From Planctomycetota bacterium (GTDB lineage Bacteria > Planctomycetota > UBA1135 > UBA2386), in assembly GCA_046290465.1 (NCBI GenBank), contig JBKAGP010000001.1, positions 4,896,001-4,960,000 on the forward strand: a stretch of 64,000 bases of DNA, given 5' to 3'. The position numbers and the translations under genes were made by a program. Under the pieces are notes generated by a model. It did not search any database, was not told the origin of the DNA, and saw only the letters and a list, made by a program, of their open reading frames with translations. Below are positions 20,074 to 28,624 of the stretch, one piece after another (position 1 is the stretch's first letter; every line of letters begins with the position of its first letter).

Positions 20074-21234
20074 TCACGCAGAGCTCGCCGTCCGGAAGCC
20101 CGCGAACACGTCCGTGCGTCCGGGCAGGAAGAAGTTGCGGTAGCGGCGATCGTGCAGGCACGCGTCGGTCGTGTAGGCCCCGCCGCGCAATTCGCGCTGG
20201 TGATGGAACCATGGCGCGGAGTAGGTCACGTACGGTCCGGGGCGGAAGCCCTGGCCGTACGGCGCGAACGTGTCCGCCGTCCACTCCCAGACCGAGTGCC
20301 CCCACGTCATGCCGTGTGCGCTCGCGACCTCCCACTCGGCCGCGGTCGGCAGCCGTCGGCCGGCCCACCGGCAGTAGGCTTCGGCCTCGAACGCGTCGAC
20401 GTGCACGACCGGCTCGGCGGGCGGCAGCGGCAGCCAGCGATCGTAGTGGCGGTGTTCGACGGAGCCGTCGGCCGCGCGCCGCCACCGCTCGGGCATCGCG
20501 CGGTCGGGCGCGCCGTCCGGCCACAGCTCGGCGCGGCGGTAGCCGCCGTCGTCGACGAACGCGAGGAACGCGTCGTTGCGCACCGGGTGCGAGTCGATCG
20601 AGAACGCGCCGAGCGCCACGCCGTGCTGCGGCATCTCGTTGTCGAACGCGAACGTGCCGTCGAGTTCGCTGCCGATCGCGTGTTCGCCGGCCGGCACCCG
20701 CAACCTTGTCGCCGCGGCGACCTCGGGCATGCGCACCCCGGGCGGTGCCGGGTAGCCGCAGCTGGCGCGCGTCCACGCCAGCGCTTCGGCATGCATGCAC
20801 TCGTGGTAGAGGGACAGCCGCGCGAAGTAGGTCGTGTCGGGGTCGCCGTCGTCGCTGCGCACCCGCTGCGTCACCGCGGCGAGCTGGGCGGCGAGCCGCT
20901 GCAGCAGTTGCTCGCGGCTGTGCGCCGGCGGTCGCCAGCGGTCCGCGTGCGCAACGATCGCGGAGTCGAGGTGGGCGTCCTCGACGAAGAACCTGCCGGG
21001 CTGCGCTGCCTCGACGAAGCCGTCGCGGCGCAGCCGGTGCGGCCCGCGCAGCACCCAGGCCTCCGCGAACCAGCCGATGTGTGCCAGGTCCCAGTAGGTC
21101 GGCTGGATGCGCGGGTCGCGCGGCACCAGCCACTGCTCGTCGCTCAGGTCGAGCGCGCGCGACAGCGTGACCTCCCGAGCCGCCGCCAGCGCCGCGCACA
21201 GCGGTTCGGAGGTCAGGCGGCGGGGATCGGGCAT
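20074..21234 (-). CDS. EgtB/SenA-family non-heme iron sulfoxide (selenoxide) synthase, DinB plus FGE-sulfatase domains
   Basis: ATG at 21234; WDLAHIGWF, HECMH iron ligands, FAFDNE, RLPTAAEWE, VWEWT, YSAPWF, LRGG, YRNFFLPGRTDVFAGFRT. Confidence 0.85.
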   Translation of the reverse strand: MPDPRRLTSEPLCAALAAAREVTLSRALDLSDEQWLVPRDPRIQPTYWDLAHIGWFAEAWVLRGPHRLRRDGFVEAAQPGRFFVEDAHLDSAIVAHADRWRPPAHSREQLLQRLAAQLAAVTQRVRSDDGDPDTTYFARLSLYHECMHAEALAWTRASCGYPAPPGVRMPEVAAATRLRVPAGEHAIGSELDGTFAFDNEMPQHGVALGAFSIDSHPVRNDAFLAFVDDGGYRRAELWPDGAPDRAMPERWRRAADGSVEHRHYDRWLPLPPAEPVVHVDAFEAEAYCRWAGRRLPTAAEWEVASAHGMTWGHSVWEWTADTFAPYGQGFRPGPYVTYSAPWFHHQRELRGGAYTTDACLHDRRYRNFFLPGRTDVFAGFRTASSA

Positions 21235-22229
21235 CAAGCGGCGGGTCTGGCGACGAAGAACGCGAACCAGCCCCGATCGTCGGTCCACAGGTCGACCGCG
21301 TCGAGTCCGGCGCTGCGCAGCAGCTTGCGGAACGTGTCGGGAGTGTACTTGTACGAACTCTCGGTGTGGATGCGCTCGCCGGCGGCGAACCGGCGGCCGC
21401 CGCCAGGCCAGCTGACGTCGACGTCCTCGACGGCCTCGAGCAGCATCTCGATGCGGCTGAGAGGCTCGTCGAAGCGGGCGACGTGACGCCACTGACGCGG
21501 CACGAAGTCGGTCCCGGCGGCCTCGTTGACGTTGCGCAGCAGGTTGCGGTTGAAGGCTGCGGTCACGCCCAGTTCGTCGTCGTAGGCGCGCTCGAGCGTG
21601 TCGACGTCCTTGACCAGGTCGATGCCGATCCACAGCGTGCCGTCATCGCCCATCTGGTCGCGCACCTGCTCGAGGAACGCGCGCGCGTGGTCGGGTTCGA
21701 AGTTGCCGATCGACGACCCCGGGTAGAAGAACAGGCGGCGATCAGATCGGACCGGAGCTGGCAGCACGAGTTCCTGCGAGAAGTCGGTGCCGACCCCGAT
21801 CATCTCGATCTGTGGGTACTCGTTCTGCAGCTTGTGGAGCACGTCGCGCAGGTAGTCGACCGAGATGTCGACCGGCACGTACTGGCGGGGTTCGACGACG
21901 CCGAACAGCTTGGGCGCCTTCTCGCAGCTGCCGGCGCCGAGGTCGATCATCGTGCTGCCATGCACGTCGCGCGCTGCGGCCATCGCCGCGCCGTGCTGCT
22001 CGAGCAGGCTGGCCTCGGTCCTGGTCGTGTAGTACTCCGGCAGCTCGGTGATGACGTCGAACAGTCGGGATCCGGTCACGTCGTAGAGATACCAGGGCGG
22101 GATCTGCGCGCGCGGGGCGGCGATCCCCCGCCGTAGCTCTGCCGCTGGGTCCTCGAAATCCGGTGCCGCCGTCTGGAAGAAGGCGGGCGAAGAAGTGTCG
22201 ATTCGCGCCTCGGTCACAGCAGCGAGCAT
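21234..22229 (-). CDS. egtD: L-histidine N-alpha-methyltransferase (hercynine synthase)
   Basis: YLYDVTGSRLFDVITELPEYYTTRTE, DLGAGSCEK, YVPVDIS, PGSSIGNF, AYDDELGVTAAFNRNLL, IHTESSYKY. Confidence 0.93.
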   Translation of the reverse strand: MLAAVTEARIDTSSPAFFQTAAPDFEDPAAELRRGIAAPRAQIPPWYLYDVTGSRLFDVITELPEYYTTRTEASLLEQHGAAMAAARDVHGSTMIDLGAGSCEKAPKLFGVVEPRQYVPVDISVDYLRDVLHKLQNEYPQIEMIGVGTDFSQELVLPAPVRSDRRLFFYPGSSIGNFEPDHARAFLEQVRDQMGDDGTLWIGIDLVKDVDTLERAYDDELGVTAAFNRNLLRNVNEAAGTDFVPRQWRHVARFDEPLSRIEMLLEAVEDVDVSWPGGGRRFAAGERIHTESSYKYTPDTFRKLLRSAGLDAVDLWTDDRGWFAFFVARPAA

Positions 22230-22360
22230 CGGGACGCTTCCGAGGGTGTCAGGGATTCTGTCGGTTTCCTGAGGCTGGTTCGGTTGCCGCCCGTCGCAGG
22301 TGTCGCGAGTCGCGACAGGCGGTCCCAGTCAGAGTCTCGCGTGTCGCCAAAACCTCCGTC

Positions 22361-22389
22361 TCAAGGAGGACGTGGTCATGTGCCGATGC
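22361..22389 (+). promoter_or_regulatory. Putative sigma28 (FliA)-type promoter upstream of flgB
   Basis: TCAA(G)-N16/17-GCCGATGC versus consensus TAAA-N15-GCCGATAA; 22 nt before flgB ATG. Confidence 0.55.
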
Positions 22390-22411
22390 TTTAGCGGCAA
22401 ACGGCAAAAAC

Positions 22412-22759
22412 ATGATCGACACCAACGGCGACACGGCCTTCACGCATCACGCGCTCGACGCGCTGACGCGGCGTACGAAGGCGGCGATCCACAACATCGC
22501 CAACCAGAACGTCGACGGCTTCAAGCGCTACGAGGTCCGCTTCGAGGACATGCTGCGCGAGGCCGTCGAGGCGGGGCAGGGCGAAGGTTCGGTCGAGGCC
22601 GTGGTCGAGCGCGACACGTCGGGCCCGGCCGGCCAGAACAACGTCGTGCTGATGGAGGAGCTCGCGCTGCTCGGCAAGACGCAGATCATGCACGACTACA
22701 TGCTGCGTCGTGCTGCGGGCTACTTCAGCCACATCAACAAGGCGATCAACGGGAGGTAG
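22412..22759 (+). CDS. flgB: Flagellar basal-body rod protein FlgB (divergent)
   Basis: ALDAL..R..AI.HNIANQNVDGFKRYEVRFE; NNVVLMEE; first gene of flgB-flgC-fliE order. Confidence 0.82.
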   Translation: MIDTNGDTAFTHHALDALTRRTKAAIHNIANQNVDGFKRYEVRFEDMLREAVEAGQGEGSVEAVVERDTSGPAGQNNVVLMEELALLGKTQIMHDYMLRRAAGYFSHINKAINGR

Positions 22760-22764
22760 GGGAG

Positions 22765-23208
22765 ATGAGTGGAGATCCGATGAGCGGCATCTTCCGCGGG
22801 TTCGACATCGCGACGACCGGTCTGCGTGCAGAGATGCAGCGCTCCGAGATCGTGGCGAGCAACCTCGGCAACATGCACCGCACCGGCAACGCCGACAAGC
22901 TACCCTACCGCCGCAAGATGCTGGTCTTCGAGGAGGCGCTCGAGGCGGCCAAGGCCGGCGGCGCCGGCAAGGGCGAGACCGGCGTGCAGGTCGGCCACGT
23001 CGTCGAGGACTCGACGCCGTTCCCGGTCTTCTACCAGCCCGGTCACCCGGACGCCGACGAGAAGGGCCAGGTGCTCGGCAGCAACGTCGACCTGTTCAAG
23101 GAACTCGTCGACATGAACATCATCCAGCGCAGCTTCGACGCCAACCTGACGGCGCTGCGCACGTACCGCGGGATGCTGCAGAACACGCTGCAGCAGCTCG
23201 GCTCGTAG
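22765..23208 (+). CDS. flgC: Flagellar basal-body rod protein FlgC
   Basis: FDIATTGLRAE..R.EIVASNLGN, PYRRK.LVF, YQPGHPDAD..G.V...NVD...E.VDM....RSFDAN (alternative ATG 22780). Confidence 0.9.
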   Translation: MSGDPMSGIFRGFDIATTGLRAEMQRSEIVASNLGNMHRTGNADKLPYRRKMLVFEEALEAAKAGGAGKGETGVQVGHVVEDSTPFPVFYQPGHPDADEKGQVLGSNVDLFKELVDMNIIQRSFDANLTALRTYRGMLQNTLQQLGS

Positions 23209-23219
23209 GAGGCTAGACG

Positions 23220-23585
23220 ATGAGCGGATTCGACCTTCCACCGATCGGCTTCGACCAGAGCTTCCAGAAGCCGCAGCAGCCGTTCGCGTCGCCCGAGGTG
23301 CGCGGCATCGACCCGCTGCTCGGCGGCGGCAAGGGCTCTGGCGACGGCCCGGACGTCGGCGCGTCGCAGCCGTTCTCGGGCGTGCTCGCCGACTCGCTCA
23401 ACACCGTTCGCGGCCTGCAGATGGACACCAAGGACAAGGTGCGCGGCATGGTCATGGGCGAGGACGTCGAGCTGCACGACGTGATGATCGCCGGCAGCAA
23501 GAGTGAGGTCGCGTTCAACCTGTTGCTCGAGGTGCGCAACAAGATGGTGGACGCGTGGGAGAAGCTCTCGAGGTCCGCGGGCTAA
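23220..23585 (+). CDS. fliE: Flagellar hook-basal body protein FliE
   Basis: F..VLADSLNTV..LQ, GEDVELHDVMIAGSKSEVAFNLLLEVRNKMVDAW. Confidence 0.93.
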   Translation: MSGFDLPPIGFDQSFQKPQQPFASPEVRGIDPLLGGGKGSGDGPDVGASQPFSGVLADSLNTVRGLQMDTKDKVRGMVMGEDVELHDVMIAGSKSEVAFNLLLEVRNKMVDAWEKLSRSAG

Positions 23586-23591
23586 TAGGCA

Positions 23592-25055
23592 ATGAGACAG
23601 TTCTTCAACGACCTGATGACCCAGGTGCGCGGCATCTGGGCTCGCCTCGAAGGGCCGCAGCGGCTGGTCGTCAGCGCGGTGATGCTGGCGACGCTGGTCG
23701 GTCTCGGCGCGATCGTCTGGTTCGCCGGGCAGCCGAGCTACGAGATCGTCTACACCGCGCGCAGCGGCGAGGAGATCGGTCGCGTCCAGCAGGCACTGAG
23801 CAAGGCGAACGTCACCTACCGGCTGGACGACTCCGGCATGTCGTTCCAGGTGGAGCGCAACAAGGTCGGGCTGGCCAACGCGGCGATCCGGCAGGAGGGA
23901 CTGACCGGCAACCAGGAGGTCTCGCTCAATTCGTCGAGCAGCTTCATCGAGGACGCCGCGACCAAGAAGTGGCGGCTCAACAACGCCAGCCGGGCGCAGG
24001 CCGAGCAGGCCATCATGAAGCTCGACGGGGTGGTCTCGGTGACGGTCAGCGGCAGCAAGCCGGACCGGCTGATCGCGTTCCGCGATCGCCAGAACGAGAC
24101 CAAGGCCAAGGCGACGGTCGTGATCGGCCTGCGTCCCGGCACGCCGTTCGAGTCGATCGCCTACGGCGCGGCCTCGATCGCCGCCTCGCAGCTGATGATC
24201 CCGCTGCAGAACATCGACGTGTTCAGCACCGTCGGCGGCCATCGCTGGAGCTACAACCCCGATCGCAACACCGGCGCCGGTTCGTCGGAGTTCTTGACGC
24301 TGCAGCGCGACATCAGCGACACCCGCACCCGCCTGGCGCAGGCGCGCATGGACCAGCTGTGGCCGGGCAAGATCTCGGTCCAGGTCAACGTCGAGCTCGA
24401 CCCGACCTGGGAAGTGCGCAGCGAGAAGGTCGTGCCGACCGAACCGCTGATGAAGAAGGAGGAGTCGACCAAGGACTCGACCGACGGCGCGGCGCCGGCG
24501 GAGGGTGAAGCCTCCAAGAGCAAGAACGAGAAGCGCACGCGCGAATACATCACCGAGATCGGTGAGCGACGCACCGGCAAGGCGATGCCCGACATCAAGC
24601 GCATGTCGGTCGCGGTGCTCTACGACAAGTCGCTGGCCGACGCCGGCGACTTCGACGAGCAGCGCCTGATCAAGGCGGTCAAGGCGATCGTCGGCTGGGA
24701 CCCGCAACGCGACAGCGAGGAGGCCTTCAGCACGCTGGTCAGCACCTTCGCGCCGCCGGCCGAGGTCGAGGTCGCCTACGGCGGTCCGGGGTTCGGCGAG
24801 GTGGCGCTGCAGTATGCGCCGATGGTCGGCCAGATCATCGGCGTCGTGATCGTGGTGATGTTCTTGCGCGGGCTGTTCAAGCGTTCGCGTCGTCCGGTGG
24901 AGGAGCCGGAGGCCGTGCCCGAGATCCCCGAGGAGGACCTCGCGCCCGAAGAGCAGCAGCGTCGCATGCGTCGCGAGATCGAACGCTCGATCGCCAACGA
25001 CCCGGCGGCGCTCGCCAAGATGCTCGAGGCGTGGCTGATGGAGCAGAAGGCCTGA
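23592..25055 (+). CDS. fliF: Flagellar MS-ring protein FliF (short, divergent)
   Basis: Two TM segments flanking a periplasmic region; IKRMSVAVL, AIVGWDPQRD, C-terminal NDPAALAKMLEAWL; between fliE and fliG. Confidence 0.85.
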   Translation: MRQFFNDLMTQVRGIWARLEGPQRLVVSAVMLATLVGLGAIVWFAGQPSYEIVYTARSGEEIGRVQQALSKANVTYRLDDSGMSFQVERNKVGLANAAIRQEGLTGNQEVSLNSSSSFIEDAATKKWRLNNASRAQAEQAIMKLDGVVSVTVSGSKPDRLIAFRDRQNETKAKATVVIGLRPGTPFESIAYGAASIAASQLMIPLQNIDVFSTVGGHRWSYNPDRNTGAGSSEFLTLQRDISDTRTRLAQARMDQLWPGKISVQVNVELDPTWEVRSEKVVPTEPLMKKEESTKDSTDGAAPAEGEASKSKNEKRTREYITEIGERRTGKAMPDIKRMSVAVLYDKSLADAGDFDEQRLIKAVKAIVGWDPQRDSEEAFSTLVSTFAPPAEVEVAYGGPGFGEVALQYAPMVGQIIGVVIVVMFLRGLFKRSRRPVEEPEAVPEIPEEDLAPEEQQRRMRREIERSIANDPAALAKMLEAWLMEQKA

Positions 25056-25059
25056 TCCG

Positions 25060-26088
25060 ATGGTCGCGCCCGAGCCCAACAAGAACCAGCTGCCGGTCGA
25101 CCAGACCCTGGCGATGCTGCTGCTGTCGATCGACCAGGAGCTGTCCGCCCGCGTGCTGCGCCACTTCAGCGACGACACCGTCGACAAGGTGACGCGCGCG
25201 ATGCAGGAGCTGCAGGAGATGGCGATCGATCGGGAGACCGTTCGCTCGGCGTTCCGTCAGACGGTGATCCGGATGCGGCAGGGTGGCATGGCGCTCGGGG
25301 ACGTCGGCGGCCTGATGCAGACCGTGCTGTCGAAGGCGTTCGGCGAGCAGCGCAGCGGTGAGGTCGCGAGCCGCGCCAACAACGACATCCTGGCGAAGCG
25401 GCCGTTCGCGATGTTCGAGGCGTTGACCGCCGAGGACCTCGCCAACCTGCTCACCGAGGAGCACCCGCAGATCGCGGCCGTGTTCATCGCGCACCTCGAC
25501 CGGCAGAAGGGCGGCGAGGTGCTGAAGTTCCTCGAGGACAGCGCGCGCGCCGACCTGGTGCACCGCGTCGCGACCCTCGACCGCACGCCGGCCGACGTGG
25601 TCCAGCGCGTGCTCGAGGTGATGCGCAAGAAGGTCAAGGACCTCGGCCTGACGACGCTGCGCAGCGAGCCCAAGGCGTGGGTCAAGGCGGCGGCGTCGTT
25701 GCTCAACAACCTGGGCGGCGGCGACAAGGCCGTGCTCGAGAAGATCGAGGTGAACGACCCCGAGATCGCCGGCGCGATCCGCGAGGAGATGTTCACGTTC
25801 GACGACATTCAGAAGCTCGACAAGAAGTCGATGCAGAAGATCCTGGCCGCGGTCGACTCGCGCCAGCTCGCGGTCTCCCTGAAGGCTGCGATCCCGCCGG
25901 TCGAGCGGGCGATCCTCGACAACCTCTCCAAGCGCGCCTCCGACATGGTGGTCGAGGAGCGCGACAACCTCGGTCCGACGCCGCTGAGCGAAGTGCTCGA
26001 GGCGCAGGCCGAGATCCTCAAGCTGATCCGCGACATGATGGACAAGGGCGACATCAAGGCAGGCGGCGCGGCAGAACAGATGGTGTGA
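25060..26088 (+). CDS. fliG: Flagellar motor switch protein FliG
   Basis: EHPQIAA, MFTFDDI, LAVSLK, NLSKRASDMVVEE, VLEAQAEI. Confidence 0.93.
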   Translation: MVAPEPNKNQLPVDQTLAMLLLSIDQELSARVLRHFSDDTVDKVTRAMQELQEMAIDRETVRSAFRQTVIRMRQGGMALGDVGGLMQTVLSKAFGEQRSGEVASRANNDILAKRPFAMFEALTAEDLANLLTEEHPQIAAVFIAHLDRQKGGEVLKFLEDSARADLVHRVATLDRTPADVVQRVLEVMRKKVKDLGLTTLRSEPKAWVKAAASLLNNLGGGDKAVLEKIEVNDPEIAGAIREEMFTFDDIQKLDKKSMQKILAAVDSRQLAVSLKAAIPPVERAILDNLSKRASDMVVEERDNLGPTPLSEVLEAQAEILKLIRDMMDKGDIKAGGAAEQMV

Positions 26089-26095
26089 GCCGACC

Positions 26096-26689
26096 ATGAC
26101 TTCGATGAACGCCGTCCCCGTCACGCAGCGCCTCGTCGGCCTGCGGCTGCACACGCGTCGCGGTCCCGGCGGTGTGCCGGAGGCTCCGCGGGCCCGCGCG
26201 TTGCTCGACCTCGAGGCCCGCAACCTGCAGCACCAGGCCGACCTGCAGGTCATGCGCGACGTGCTCGCCGACACCCGCGGCCAGCTCGCGGCGATCCCGG
26301 GCGTCGTCAACGGCCGCCTCGACGAGGTCGCCGGCATCGCCGTCGAACTCGGCCTCGCGATCGCTCGCGAGATCGTCGGCTCGGCGCTCGATCAGCACCT
26401 CGCGGATCCGACCCCGACGGTGGCGCGCTGCCTGCGCGACTGCGTGCACGGCAGCGACCGGGCGGACCTGGTGATCCGGCTCAACCCGGACGACCTCGCC
26501 AACGTCAAGACGCGCATCGCGGAGATCCCCGACCTGACGCGCGAGGCTGCCGATGCGCAGTTCGTCGCCGATCCGGGCATCCCGAGCGGCGGCGTGCGCG
26601 CCGAGACCGGCGCCGGCCGCCTGCACTACGATCCGCGCGAGGTGCTCGAACGCATCTGCGCCGAGGTGCGTCGCGAGGCGTCGGCGTGA
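26096..26689 (+). CDS. fliH: FliH/SctL-family export protein (short, no GxxxG repeats)
   Basis: LAIAREIV, IRLNPDDL, ADPGIPSGGVRAETGAG; between fliG and fliI. Confidence 0.8.
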   Translation: MTSMNAVPVTQRLVGLRLHTRRGPGGVPEAPRARALLDLEARNLQHQADLQVMRDVLADTRGQLAAIPGVVNGRLDEVAGIAVELGLAIAREIVGSALDQHLADPTPTVARCLRDCVHGSDRADLVIRLNPDDLANVKTRIAEIPDLTREAADAQFVADPGIPSGGVRAETGAGRLHYDPREVLERICAEVRREASA

Positions 26690-27999
26690 CCCTGCCGCAG
26701 AACCTGCTGCGCGCGGTCGAGTCGGCGCGTTCGCTCAACCGGCCGCGCGCCGAGGGCAAGGTGCGTTCGATCCGCGGCATCGCGATCCACGTCATCGGTC
26801 TGGCGGCGGCGATCGGCGACACCTGCACGATCCACGCCGACGGCGGCAGGCTGCCGATCCCGGCCGAGGTCGTCGGTTTCAACGGCGACGACGCGGTGGT
26901 GATGGCGCTCGGCGACGCCCATCGGGTCGCGCCGTGGGATCAGGTGCACAACGACCACCGGCCGCTGTCGGTGCCGGTCGGCGCCGGCCTGCTCGGCCGC
27001 GTCGTCGACGCGCTCGGTCGGCCGATGGACGGCGGCCCCGAGATCCTGGGCCGGATGATGCCGCTCAACGGTGACGCGCCGTCGCCGCTGCAGCGCACGC
27101 CGATCGACCAGCCGATCGAGACCGGAGTGTCGGCGATCGACGGCATGCTGACCTGCGGCAAGGGCCAGCGGATCGGCATCTTCGCGGGCTCCGGCGTCGG
27201 CAAGTCGACGCTGATGGGGCAGATCGCGCGCAGCGCCGCCGGCCAGGTCAACGTGATCGCGCTGATCGGCGAACGTGGCCGCGAGGTCGGCGAGTTCCTG
27301 ACCGATTCGCTCGGTCCCGAAGGACTGCAGAAGAGCGTCGTCGTCGCGTGCACCAGCGACGCCGCGCCGATGCTGCGCATGAAGGCGCCGATGACCGCGG
27401 TCGCGATCGCCGAGGCGTTCCGCAACGCCGGCGCCGACGTGCTGTTCATGATGGACTCGGTGACGCGCTACGCGATGGCCGTTCGCGAGGTCGGCCTGGC
27501 GGCGGGCGAGCCGCCGACGCTGCGCGGCTATCCGCCGAGCCTGTTCGCGTCGATGCCACGGCTGGTCGAGCGCCTCGGATCCAACGACAAGGGCACGATC
27601 ACCGGCATGCTGACCGTGCTGGTCGACGGCGACGACATGAACGAGCCGGTCTCCGACGCGCTGCGCGGCTATCTCGACGGCCACATCGTGCTCAGCCGCA
27701 AGATCGCCGAGCGCGGGCGCTTCCCGGCGATCGACGTGCTCGGCTCGGTCAGCCGTCTGATGCCGAAGGTCGCGGACGATGCGCACCAGGAGCGGGCCCG
27801 CAAGGTTCGCGAGCTGCTGGCGCACTACGAGGAGAACCGCGACCTGGTCTCGGTCGGCGCCTACCGCCAGGGTGCCGACCCGCTGCTCGACCAGGCCATG
27901 GCCAGGATCCAGCCGATCGAGCAGCTGCTCTACCACGGCAAGGGGCCGCGTCCCGCCGCCGAGACCCTCGCGCTGATGCAGCAGATCACTGGGATCTGA
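26686..27999 (+). CDS. fliI: Flagellar export ATPase FliI
   Basis: GQRIGIFAGSGVGKSTL, ALIGERGREV, MDSVTRYAMA.REVGL..GEPP..RGYPPS, DGHIVLSR, FPAIDVL.SVSR. Confidence 0.95.
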   Translation: MTLPQNLLRAVESARSLNRPRAEGKVRSIRGIAIHVIGLAAAIGDTCTIHADGGRLPIPAEVVGFNGDDAVVMALGDAHRVAPWDQVHNDHRPLSVPVGAGLLGRVVDALGRPMDGGPEILGRMMPLNGDAPSPLQRTPIDQPIETGVSAIDGMLTCGKGQRIGIFAGSGVGKSTLMGQIARSAAGQVNVIALIGERGREVGEFLTDSLGPEGLQKSVVVACTSDAAPMLRMKAPMTAVAIAEAFRNAGADVLFMMDSVTRYAMAVREVGLAAGEPPTLRGYPPSLFASMPRLVERLGSNDKGTITGMLTVLVDGDDMNEPVSDALRGYLDGHIVLSRKIAERGRFPAIDVLGSVSRLMPKVADDAHQERARKVRELLAHYEENRDLVSVGAYRQGADPLLDQAMARIQPIEQLLYHGKGPRPAAETLALMQQITGI

Positions 28000-28014
28000 G
28001 TGGGGGGACCGTTC

Positions 28015-28132
28015 GCGGAAGTTGCAGGGTGAACCGTGTACCGTACGGCAACACGGGTTCGCTGTTCGCTGGGGGCGGGTGTCGGGGTGCCTGCGGAAGT
28101 TGCAGGATGAACCGCGTACCGTACGGCAACAC
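28015..28132. repeat. Two 40-bp direct repeats (28015-28054, 28093-28132; 38/40 identical) with a 38-bp spacer, in the fliI-fliJ gap
   Basis: GCGGAAGTTGCAGG(G/A)TGAACCG(T/C)GTACCGTACGGCAACAC; whole unit flanked by TGGGGGGA at 28001-28008 and 28133-28140. Confidence 0.9.
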
Positions 28133-28146
28133 TGGGGGGAAACTGG

Positions 28147-28176
28147 TTAACGATTGGTCCATGGCATGGCCGATAG
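28147..28176 (+). promoter_or_regulatory. Possible sigma28-type promoter upstream of fliJ
   Basis: TTAAC...GCCGATAG (28169-28176), 7 nt before ATG 28184; spacing longer than consensus. Confidence 0.35.
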
Positions 28177-28183
28177 GGGTGGC

Positions 28184-28624
28184 ATGCGACGATTCCGTTT
28201 TCGCCTGGCGTCCCTGTTGCGGCTGCGCTCGCAGATCGAGCGCACGGCGCGCAAGGAGCTGGCGGCGGCGATGGCGGAGGTCAACACGATCGACCAGCAG
28301 ATCGAGGCCGCGGCGCAGGGACTCGTCGACTGCGCGGACCAGGCGGCGCGCACCGACTCGGTCGGGCACCTGGCGCGGGCGATGGAAGCCGGGTTGCGAC
28401 GCCACCAGTGGCGGCTCGTGCGCCAGCGCAAGCAGGCCGAACAGAAGCTCGAGGCGGTCCGCCTCGACTGCACGCAGAAGGCTCGCGAGCTCAAGACGCT
28501 GCAGCGCCTGCGTGACCAGGAACACACGGAGTGGAAGCAGGACGCACAGCGCGCCGAGCAGGCCGAACTCGACGAGGTCGCCACGCTGACGCGCGGTCCT
28601 GAGCAAGGAGACGATTCATGGTAG
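28184..28624 (+). CDS. fliJ: Flagellar export protein FliJ
   Basis: MRRFRFRLASLLRLR...E..A...LA; coiled coil; K.LQRLRD....W..D....EQAELDE; follows fliI. Confidence 0.88.
   Translation: MRRFRFRLASLLRLRSQIERTARKELAAAMAEVNTIDQQIEAAAQGLVDCADQAARTDSVGHLARAMEAGLRRHQWRLVRQRKQAEQKLEAVRLDCTQKARELKTLQRLRDQEHTEWKQDAQRAEQAELDEVATLTRGPEQGDDSW

Noticed and set aside
28015..28132. Calling this a CRISPR array
   Set aside because: Only two repeats, no cas genes and no AT-rich leader; kept as a repeat of unknown nature.
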